In this document: positions 52,631 through 60,794 of the stretch, piece after piece
Position numbering within the stretch: the first letter of the stretch is position 1
Layout: the number at the start of each line of letters is the position of its first letter
Source: Verrucomicrobiia bacterium
GTDB lineage: Bacteria > Verrucomicrobiota > Verrucomicrobiia > Limisphaerales > JADLHS01
Direction of reading: 5' to 3'
DNA: 64,000 bases
NCBI GenBank assembly: GCA_023953615.1
Contig: JAMLJH010000002.1
Coordinates: 1,040,492 to 1,104,491 of the forward strand
The notes under the pieces: generated by a model
What the model saw: only the letters and a program-made list of their open reading frames with translations
Database searches by the model: none
What the model was told of the DNA's origin: nothing
Program-made: the position numbers and the translations under genes

Positions 52631-55618
52631 TCAAGGCGACTTCAAGCGAAAGAAACGTCGTGGTCCGGTTAGCGTGGTGGAGTATGGACTGACGGCGTCG
52701 GGCAGCTCGACATACGTTCCGACGGCTTCGGGAGCCGACTCCAGCGTGAAACTTGGATCGTCCCAAGTTAGAACGAGTGTGTCACCGGCGAGTTGCCAAT
52801 GCAGCGGAATGGGGGCGGTGCCAAGAATGGCTTGCGCGAGGTAGGGGGATACCTTGCCGCCAGCGGTCATGAACCGTCCTCCGACGAAGAGTCGGTTGTC
52901 CAACGTGGCCAGCGCTTCCACGTACGGCGAACTGATTCCCAATCCGGATCCGAGCGGAGACCAGTCGGTGCCGTCCCATTTTGCCAGGTAGCGGGCGGGG
53001 TTCCCTCCTGCGCTCGTAAACCAGCCGCCGACGTAAAGATCACTGCCCACCACGGCCAGCCCGCGAACACTGCCGTTAAGTCCTGTCCCCAAGGCGTGCC
53101 ACTGCGTGCCATCCCACCTCGCGATGTTGGCGGTGGCAACGGTAGTGGCGTCAGAGTTGGTTGCCGTCGTGAACGAGCCACCTACCAGGAGCTGACCATT
53201 CCATTCCTCCAGGGTATAAACCCAGTCATTCACGCCTCCACCTACCGCTAACCATTCAGTGCCATTCCACTTGGCGATGTAGCTGGTGGGATTGTCCCCG
53301 GCCGTCGTAAACCAGCCGCCGGCGTAGAGTTCGCCATTCATCCATTTCAAGACACTCACTTGGTTGTTCATTCCCGTGTCGAGTGCGCTCCAACTGCTCC
53401 CGTTCCATTTGGCGATCCGATTGACCGTCACATTTCCGGCCTTGGTAAATTCGCCACCGGCATAGACGGTGGTGCCGGTCACGGCCAGCGCATGGACGGG
53501 ATTGTTCATGCCGATGCCAAACGCGCTCCAAGCGTTGCCATTCCATTTGGCAATACCGTTGACCGGGGTCGGCCCGGCGAGCGTGAAGAAACCTCCCGCA
53601 TACAACGCCCCATCCACGTAGGTAAGAACATATACCGGGTTGTTCATGCCGCCCTGCAAGGTGCTCCAACTCGTGCCGTCCCAGCGCGCGATGTAGTTGG
53701 CCTTCAAGTCACCGATCGAGTTGAAATTGCCGCCGACGTAGAGATTGGTTTCGGATGCGGCCAATGCGTAAACCCAGGAGCTGAAGCCGCTGTTCAGAGG
53801 ACGCCAAGCGTTCCCGTTCCAGTGCGCGATGCGGTTCACATAAACTGGACCCGACGCGAGGTTGGTGGCCAGAACCTGCGCTCCCCCCACAAATAAGCCG
53901 TCGCTCCGCACCACCAAGGTGTTTACCGCATCATTCAATCCACCGGCCACGGAATTCCAGGCGGTGCCATTCCATTGAGCGAGGCGCGGACTGGACTTCC
54001 CATCTGCCTGCGTGAAATTACCGGCGGCGTATAAATTGCCATTCCACACCGTCAAGGTTCTGACGGCTTGGTTGAATCCACCTCCCATGGCGTTCCAATC
54101 GCTCCCATCCCATTGGGCCACCCGATTGACCGAAATCGCTTGGTTATCAGCATTCGTAGCCAGAGTGAAACCACCGCCCACGTATAATTTTCCGTTGTCG
54201 GCAAGCAAAGCGTTGACGGGCTGATTCAAGCCGCCGCCCACGGTCTGCCAGTTACTTCCGTCCCATTCCGCAATGTAAAAAGCCGGCGCATCACCGGCGG
54301 TGGTAAACCAGCCACCGACATATAGCCGCCCATCCAACTCGGCCAATGCCCGCACGGAAGCGTTCAAGCCCGTTCCCAAGGCATGCCAATTGATTCCGTC
54401 CCAGCGGGCAATCCGATTTGCAGCCACCCCATCAATGGTGACGAAGTCGCCGCCGGCGTACACGTCGCCATTCATTATGGTCAGAGTCAGGACATCCGAG
54501 GTCGGATTGGGGCCAAGCTGGCCGAACTGCTGCCAGGTCTGACCGTCCCACTTGGCGACGCCCTCTTTGACGCTGCCTCCGATAACGAAGGTGCCGCTGG
54601 CGTACACTTCGGTACCGTTGACCGCGAGAGCGCGAATCACACTACCGACCTGAGTGCCCATGTCGCTCCAGCTTTGCCCGTCCCATTTGGCGACGCCGCC
54701 CGCCACCGTATTACCCACCAAATGAAATTGTCCGCCAACGTAAAGGTTGTCCGCAGCGTCCACAGCTGCGGTAAAAATCTCACTATCCGCTCCAGGCAAA
54801 TCGCCCATGCTCACCCAATTGACATCGCTGAATGTGGGATCAATCCGGATGGGATAAACGGCATCCTGATCATCCACCAAAATCGCCAACGTCGAAGCGA
54901 AGCCGGCGTCATTCATTGCGAAGCGCGCCGGAAGTTCTCTGCCAACGGCGTCCGTGACATGCAGTCGGCTGTAGGCAATCTGGCGTCCAGAATGTGCCAG
55001 GGTTAATTGCGCGTCCGCAGCGGTTGACTCGATTGCCGCCCCATTGACGGCAAGCTCCAACCGAAGCAATTCTTCATGCGCTGTCATCCGTTCCTCCGCC
55101 GGGGAAGCGAGCCGCCACGAGACGGCGGGCGGTTCAGCGAGGATGAAATCCTGGCGAATGCCATCCAAGCTCACTGAGTATTCCTCCACTAATCCGGGCC
55201 GATTGAACCGGGCCACTTGCCCCTCCATGACGACGGTACCGGTGGTCGGAAACGCAAGCGATAGCGCGTCCGGTGTGGTGTGGTTGCGACTTACCCTCGT
55301 TGCCGTTACCCGAAAGCAATCACCCGCAGGCTCGATGGGCGTGGACGTCAACCACAACCCTTCGGCGGTGACTTCTCCTTCCAGACGTTGGAAGACGCAG
55401 TTCAACTGGGCTCCGTTGCGCGTGGGGGTGGCGACCAAACCGTCGCCTTGATAAGTGGCGGTGGCCCGGCTCCCGATTTCACTCCAGGGGATGGCCGATG
55501 GAGTCGCGGAGTTGGCGGCGATTGGCGTCGCCCAAGCGCAACTGGAACGGAGACCGATGGTGGCCGCTGCTAAAGCAAGGAAACGGATCGCGGCGCTGGA
55601 AGCATTGGATTTAATCAT
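52631..55618 (-). CDS. Large secreted repeat (beta-propeller-type) protein with C-terminal FFRLKSP module
   Basis: Signal peptide MIKSNASSAAIRFLALAAATIG. I counted 13 copies of IA.W(D/N)G..W..(L)G.G(L/M)N..V.AL....G.LYVGG.F by eye. Confidence 0.7.
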   Translation of the reverse strand: MIKSNASSAAIRFLALAAATIGLRSSCAWATPIAANSATPSAIPWSEIGSRATATYQGDGLVATPTRNGAQLNCVFQRLEGEVTAEGLWLTSTPIEPAGDCFRVTATRVSRNHTTPDALSLAFPTTGTVVMEGQVARFNRPGLVEEYSVSLDGIRQDFILAEPPAVSWRLASPAEERMTAHEELLRLELAVNGAAIESTAADAQLTLAHSGRQIAYSRLHVTDAVGRELPARFAMNDAGFASTLAILVDDQDAVYPIRIDPTFSDVNWVSMGDLPGADSEIFTAAVDAADNLYVGGQFHLVGNTVAGGVAKWDGQSWSDMGTQVGSVIRALAVNGTEVYASGTFVIGGSVKEGVAKWDGQTWQQFGQLGPNPTSDVLTLTIMNGDVYAGGDFVTIDGVAANRIARWDGINWHALGTGLNASVRALAELDGRLYVGGWFTTAGDAPAFYIAEWDGSNWQTVGGGLNQPVNALLADNGKLYVGGGFTLATNADNQAISVNRVAQWDGSDWNAMGGGFNQAVRTLTVWNGNLYAAGNFTQADGKSSPRLAQWNGTAWNSVAGGLNDAVNTLVVRSDGLFVGGAQVLATNLASGPVYVNRIAHWNGNAWRPLNSGFSSWVYALAASETNLYVGGNFNSIGDLKANYIARWDGTSWSTLQGGMNNPVYVLTYVDGALYAGGFFTLAGPTPVNGIAKWNGNAWSAFGIGMNNPVHALAVTGTTVYAGGEFTKAGNVTVNRIAKWNGSSWSALDTGMNNQVSVLKWMNGELYAGGWFTTAGDNPTSYIAKWNGTEWLAVGGGVNDWVYTLEEWNGQLLVGGSFTTATNSDATTVATANIARWDGTQWHALGTGLNGSVRGLAVVGSDLYVGGWFTSAGGNPARYLAKWDGTDWSPLGSGLGISSPYVEALATLDNRLFVGGRFMTAGGKVSPYLAQAILGTAPIPLHWQLAGDTLVLTWDDPSFTLESAPEAVGTYVELPDAVSPYSTTLTGPRRFFRLKSP

Positions 55619-55851
55619 GATTCCGGGGTTTGAGATGTGGCAGTAAAAGCTCGTAAAGCGAATCGTCCGCCGTTGCGGTAAAAACTTCAATCACAAAAGC
55701 CCGCGGTGATGCTGGACCAGCGGCAGCGTCGCAGCGTTGATCTTTTCGGTTGCCTCAGATTCGATTTAATTTTCGCTTCTGCATCGGAGCTGGGTCGGGT
55801 AGAAATGGAAGCCGAACCGTCCGTCCGCATGACCTGTATAATTGAACTGAA

Positions 55852-57324
55852 ATGAAGAAGATTGCGATCCTCCTGTTCCTCGTCGTCGTGGGTGCTGTCA
55901 GTTTTGAGACGTGCGCTGAGGATTCCGTCCAAGCTCCAGAACCGTATGGCCCGGTGCCCACTCCACGGCAGTTGGCGTGGCACGAGTTGGAATTTTACGG
56001 GTTCATTCATTTCACCATCAACACCTTCACCGACAAGGAATGGGGTTATGGCGATGAATCCCCGGCCTTGTTTAATCCCTCTGATTTCAGTGCGGATCAA
56101 ATTGCGCGCACCGCGGCGGGCGCGGGCATGAAAGGCTTGATCCTCACCGCCAAACACCATGACGGGTTTTGTCTGTGGCCTTCGCAATACACGGAACATT
56201 CGGTGAAGCACAGTCCCTGGCGCGAGGGGCGGGGTGATGTGGTTGGGGAACTCGCCGCCGCCTGCCGTCAGCACCACTTGAAATTCGGGGTCTATTTGTC
56301 TCCTTGGGATCGCAATCATTCCGAGTATGGGCGATCGGAATACATCACTTATTACCGCAACCAACTGCGCGAGTTGCTCGCCAATTACGGCGACATCTTC
56401 GAGGTGTGGTTCGATGGCGCCAATGGCGGTGACGGTTACTATGGTGGCGCGCGGGAGGCCCGGAAGATTGACAACCGCACCTACTACGATTGGGCAAACA
56501 CCTGGCCGATCGTGCGGGAGCTACAACCAATGGCCTCCATTTTCAGCGACGCCGGGCCGGACGTCCGTTGGGTGGGCAACGAACGTGGTGAAGCGGGTGA
56601 AACTTGCTGGGCCACATTGAATCGCGCCGACTTTGCGCCCGGTCACGCCGATACCGAGCGGTTGAACCACGGCGATCGCCCCGGTACCGATTGGCTGCCC
56701 GCCGAGTGCGACGTTTCCATCCGTCCCGGCTGGTTTTATCACGCCCAGGAAGACGCGCGGGTGAAATCACCGGAACAACTCCTGAAGCTCTATTTCGCCT
56801 CGGTAGGCCGCGGCGCTTCGTTCCTGTTGAATCTGCCGCCGGATCGGCGCGGACAGATTCCCGAAGTGGATGTGCGGTCGCTTACGGAATGTCACCGCCG
56901 GCTTCAGGCCATGTTCAAAACCGACTTGGCGCCTTCAGCTAAAATCCAGGCTTCCAATGTACGGGGCAACGCGCGGACGTTCGGAACGGCGAATCTGGTT
57001 GATGGCCGCCGCGACACCTATTGGGCGACGGATGACGCGATCAAAACGCCGGAACTGATTTTGGATTTTGGCAAGGCCACTTCGTTCAATATCGTGCGGT
57101 TGCGCGAATATCTGCCGTTGGGACAGCGGATCGAAGCTTTGGCTTTGGATCATTGGCAGAATGAGGGTTGGGTGGAATTCGCCACGGCCACCAGCATTGG
57201 CAATTGCCGGTTGGTGCGCACGCGTCCCGTCATCACCACCAAACTGCGGCTGCGCGTCATTAAAGCCGCGGCTTGTCCGGCGCTTAGCGAACTTGGCGTG
57301 TTCTTGGAAGATTCCGGGACATAA
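55852..57324 (+). CDS. Alpha-L-fucosidase (GH29) with C-terminal F5/8 type C (discoidin) domain
   Basis: Signal peptide; ..QLAWHELEFYGFIHFTINTFTDKEWGYG.., HHDGFCLWPS; C-terminal ..NLVDGRRDTYWATDD... Confidence 0.75.
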   Translation: MKKIAILLFLVVVGAVSFETCAEDSVQAPEPYGPVPTPRQLAWHELEFYGFIHFTINTFTDKEWGYGDESPALFNPSDFSADQIARTAAGAGMKGLILTAKHHDGFCLWPSQYTEHSVKHSPWREGRGDVVGELAAACRQHHLKFGVYLSPWDRNHSEYGRSEYITYYRNQLRELLANYGDIFEVWFDGANGGDGYYGGAREARKIDNRTYYDWANTWPIVRELQPMASIFSDAGPDVRWVGNERGEAGETCWATLNRADFAPGHADTERLNHGDRPGTDWLPAECDVSIRPGWFYHAQEDARVKSPEQLLKLYFASVGRGASFLLNLPPDRRGQIPEVDVRSLTECHRRLQAMFKTDLAPSAKIQASNVRGNARTFGTANLVDGRRDTYWATDDAIKTPELILDFGKATSFNIVRLREYLPLGQRIEALALDHWQNEGWVEFATATSIGNCRLVRTRPVITTKLRLRVIKAAACPALSELGVFLEDSGT

Positions 57325-57339
57325 CCGCTCCGGCCGTTT

Positions 57340-58173
57340 TTACTGAAATAATGCGTTGACGATTGCGTGGGTGAATTCGGTTTGCGCGAGCAATTCCGAA
57401 TTGCCCGTCGCGCGAAGGTCCTGCGCCAAGCGTTGCATGCAGGGCAGGGTGGCGCGGGTCAACGCACTGCCAAAGGTCACGCGGCGCACTCCGATTTGTT
57501 CCAGCTCGGCCAGCGGGGGCGACCCCGGCCCGATGATGATGTTCACCGGACATTTCACTTCGCGTAACAAGCGGACGATGGTTTCACGGTCGCGCAACCC
57601 CATTGGGAAAATGCAATCCGCACCGGCCTCGCAATAGGCATGAGCGCGCCGAACGGCTTCATTAAAGCGTTCGGCATCGCTGCCGTTGCCGCGCAAAAAC
57701 ACATCCAACCGCGCATTGATGACGAACGGCGTGGCAGCCGCGTTGGCCACCGCGCGTACGGCTTTGATCACCTCGACCTGGTAAGTGAGGTCGGCGAGCG
57801 GTTGATGCGGGCCACGACCATCTTCAAGGTTTGCCCCCGCAACGCCGAGGTTGATGGCTTGCCGGATTGTTTCGGCAACAGCGTCCGGAGTGGTGCCGTA
57901 ACCCGCTTCGAGGTCGGCGGTAACGGGAACGGAAACCGTAGCGGCGATGCGGCCGACCATCAGCAACATTTCGCTCGCACTGATGCGTTGACCGTCGGGA
58001 TAACCCAGGACCGCCGCCACGCCGCCGCTCGTCGTGGCCAGGGCGGGAAAGCCCGCCTGTTCGAATAACCGCGCGCTGACGCAATCCCACGCGTTCGGCA
58101 GGACCAGGGTTTTAGGCCCTTGATGCAATTCACGCAGCTTCGCGGCGCGCGCCCGTTGCCACTCTAAATTCAC
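57340..58173 (-). CDS. Isocitrate lyase / PEP mutase family protein (2-methylisocitrate lyase-like)
   Basis: LVLPNAWDCVSARL.EQAGF.A..TSG, DLEAGYG, NLEDG. GTG start at 58173 overlaps the upstream stop. Confidence 0.75.
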   Translation of the reverse strand: MNLEWQRARAAKLRELHQGPKTLVLPNAWDCVSARLFEQAGFPALATTSGGVAAVLGYPDGQRISASEMLLMVGRIAATVSVPVTADLEAGYGTTPDAVAETIRQAINLGVAGANLEDGRGPHQPLADLTYQVEVIKAVRAVANAAATPFVINARLDVFLRGNGSDAERFNEAVRRAHAYCEAGADCIFPMGLRDRETIVRLLREVKCPVNIIIGPGSPPLAELEQIGVRRVTFGSALTRATLPCMQRLAQDLRATGNSELLAQTEFTHAIVNALFQ

Positions 58174-58646
58174 GCCTTCGCCTTGACTTGATGTTGCCCG
58201 ACTTGGTACGTGCCCGGAACGCTGCGGAAGCTGATGGCGAGCCGATTCCAACCGTTGATCGCGATGATGGCCAGCGTCAGGTCCACCAGTTCCTTCTCGG
58301 AAAATTGTTTGCGCGCCTGTTCATAAACGGAATCGGGTACTTGCGATTCCGCGACGCGAGTCACGGCCTCGGTCCACGCCAACGCCGCGCGTTCGCGCTC
58401 GGTGAAGAACGGGGTCTCGTGCCAGACCGAGAGCGTGTAAAGACGTTGCTCGGTTTCGCCGGCGGCGCGGGCATCCTTGGTGTGCATATCGAGGCAAAAA
58501 CCGCAGCCGTTGATTTGGGATGCGCGCGTCTTGACCAGTTCGAGCAGCGAATGTTCCAGCCCGCTGCGGCGCGCATAGAGTTCGAGTCCGAGCATGGCTT
58601 TTTGTCCGTCTGGAGCGACTTCCCCGTAAATGAGTCGTGGTTGCAT
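58170..58646 (-). CDS. Carboxymuconolactone decarboxylase / AhpD-like family protein
   Basis: SQINGCGFCLDMH (CxxC) and ..ERERAALAWTEAVT... Confidence 0.8.
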   Translation of the reverse strand: MQPRLIYGEVAPDGQKAMLGLELYARRSGLEHSLLELVKTRASQINGCGFCLDMHTKDARAAGETEQRLYTLSVWHETPFFTERERAALAWTEAVTRVAESQVPDSVYEQARKQFSEKELVDLTLAIIAINGWNRLAISFRSVPGTYQVGQHQVKAKA

Positions 58647-58911
58647 GATGTTTTCTTTCTTGGTTATGAATGTGTCTTTCGTATTCGCGGCTTGTCGGCA
58701 TCGGCAATCTTTTGTGAGGCCCAGCGAAGTCGGTCTCGCTGTCCGTCAAACCGCTGTAACAGCAGTGCTGTATTTTTCGACCGCGTCAAGCCAAGGGACG
58801 CTTCGGCTGCGCGATGGCGAGCGGTTCGCAGGGAGGATTCAGCGGAATTTTGATTCAGGTCAAAGAACGCACCCCGATTCTGCCCAAGGCTGGTAGCGGA
58901 GAAATAAAATA

Positions 58912-59457
58912 ATGAGTGCAACCGCCATCGAACAAATGAGCGCCGAGCATCGGCATATTGAAACCGTGATCAACGCGCTGCACGCGGCGGCGATCCAACT
59001 GGAAAAGCAGGAATCTCCCAGTGTCGAGTTACTGCGGAAGAGTGTGGAATTTTTGCGCGTCTATGCGGATGAACGCCATCATCAGCGCGAAGAAGCGTTG
59101 TTCTTTCCGTTGCTGGTTCAGCGCGGCGTGCCGCCGCAAGGCTGTCCGATTGGCGGCTTGAACAACGATCACGCCAAGGGCCGCGCGATGTTGGCCGCGT
59201 TTGGCGAGCGCATCCACGCGTACGAACAAAAGCAGAGCGGTGCGGGTGACGCCTTGCGTCGGTCGCTTCAGGAAATCGTGCAACTCTACCGGCATCACCT
59301 GTGGATGGAAGACGCGATGGTTTTTCCGATGGCTGAAAAATTGGTCACGGGCGCGGATAACCAAGCCTTGCTGGATAAATTTGCCGCCCTGGATCGTAAG
59401 CTGGGCGCGGAAGTTGTAACGCGACTGGAACAATTTGCCACGCAACTGGCGTCCTAG
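58912..59457 (+). CDS. Hemerythrin-domain protein
   Basis: ..EHRHIE.., YADERHHQREEALFFP, and LYRHHLWMEDAMVFP His/Glu ligand patterns. Confidence 0.75.
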   Translation: MSATAIEQMSAEHRHIETVINALHAAAIQLEKQESPSVELLRKSVEFLRVYADERHHQREEALFFPLLVQRGVPPQGCPIGGLNNDHAKGRAMLAAFGERIHAYEQKQSGAGDALRRSLQEIVQLYRHHLWMEDAMVFPMAEKLVTGADNQALLDKFAALDRKLGAEVVTRLEQFATQLAS

Positions 59458-59522
59458 TTATCCTCTGACGCGGGATTAACCCGCGGCCACTACCTGAAAT
59501 TAGCAAGCTCCAAGGGAACTTT

Positions 59523-59876
59523 ATGTCCAACGCCAAAACGCCACCCGCGGTCCGATCGAAAATCGAGCCGGCCCGAGCCTTCCAGCTTGCGGGTCTGGTG
59601 GATTATCAAAGCGGCGCCGTCGTCAGCCGGGAAATTCTCAAAGGCGCCGCCGGGCGCGTCACGCTGTTTGCCTTTGATGTCGGCGAGGAATTGAGCGAGC
59701 ACACTTCGCCGTTTGACGCGCTCGTGCAAGTCGTCGAAGGCGAGGCGGAAATCACCATTGCCGGCAAGCCGCATCGGGTTCACGCGGGCGAAGCGATCCT
59801 GATGCCGGCGCAACAGCCGCACGCCTTGGCGGCCGTCAAACCGTTCAAAATGGTGTTGACCATGATCCGCGGTTGA
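59523..59876 (+). CDS. Cupin-domain protein
   Basis: 117 aa. ..G.ELSEHTSPFDALVQVVEGEAEITI.GK.H.V.AGE.I.MPA..PH.L. Confidence 0.75.
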   Translation: MSNAKTPPAVRSKIEPARAFQLAGLVDYQSGAVVSREILKGAAGRVTLFAFDVGEELSEHTSPFDALVQVVEGEAEITIAGKPHRVHAGEAILMPAQQPHALAAVKPFKMVLTMIRG

Positions 59877-59895
59877 AGCGGACGAAAGCGCGCAG

Positions 59896-60525
59896 GTGAG
59901 CGGCATGCAGTTCATTTTCGAGACCTCGGATCCAAACGCGTATCTGTCATCCTCCGACGTGATTGATTTTCAATCGCCGTTGGTAGCGGCCAAGCTTGTC
60001 GCGATTCGTCGCGAAGCCGCCACCGACGTGGCGCAAGCCCGATTGGCCTTCGAGTTTGTGCGCGATCAAATTGCGCACTCCTTTGATTTGAACAGCGCGG
60101 CTGTCACCATCTCGGCTTCCGAAGCCTTGGCTGGGCATGAAGGCATTTGTTTTGCCAAAGCGCATCTGCTGGCGGCTCTGCTGCGCGGCCTGCGCATCCC
60201 GACGGGATTTTGCTATCAACGCGTTCTGCGCAAGGGCACGCCGGAATCCGGTTACGCTTTGCATGGATTGAACGCGGTGTATTTGCCGAGCCGCCAAGTG
60301 TGGTTTCGACTTGATCCGCGCGGCAACAAACCGGGCGTCAACTCCCAGTTCAGCATCGAGCGCGAACAACTGGCCTATCCGATCCGTCCCGAACTGGGCG
60401 AAGTGGATTATCCGTATGTGTTCGTCGCACCCCGCGCGGAAGTCCTGGCGTCCATGCGCGATTCCGCCGACGGTCACGCCTTGTTCCACAATCGCCCCGC
60501 GGCGTTGGACCCGAGCACGCTGTGA
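59896..60525 (+). CDS. Transglutaminase-like domain protein
   Basis: ..HEGICFAKAHLLAALLRGLRIPTGFCY...HGLN.VYL...W.RLDPRG (Cys-His-Asp core). GTG at 59896 or ATG at 59905. Confidence 0.75.
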   Translation: MSGMQFIFETSDPNAYLSSSDVIDFQSPLVAAKLVAIRREAATDVAQARLAFEFVRDQIAHSFDLNSAAVTISASEALAGHEGICFAKAHLLAALLRGLRIPTGFCYQRVLRKGTPESGYALHGLNAVYLPSRQVWFRLDPRGNKPGVNSQFSIEREQLAYPIRPELGEVDYPYVFVAPRAEVLASMRDSADGHALFHNRPAALDPSTL

Positions 60526-60794
60526 CGCCCGGCAGACCTTACGCTTTCACGTTGGCTTACCGACTCGCGAACGTGCTGAGCCGAGCTTCATGGGCGTCAA
60601 GCTGGGTTCAGGTTGCGAGCTTTTCCGGCACTGGTTTTGCTTGGTTTAATCCGGGTGAAATGAGTCCAAGTAAACCTTTTCTAATACGACCGAAGCGAAT
60701 TCGACTCGTTTGCTTCAATTTCATCCGCTGGGCCCGATTAACATTTTCAAACCCAGGCCGTTTGAGCATATTGAATCGCGACGGTTGATTTTAC

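Noticed and set aside
58647-58911. Possible riboswitch or leader in the 265-bp spacer upstream of the hemerythrin gene.
   Set aside because: I could identify no conserved riboswitch core or convincing stem architecture by eye. A covariance-model scan would be needed.
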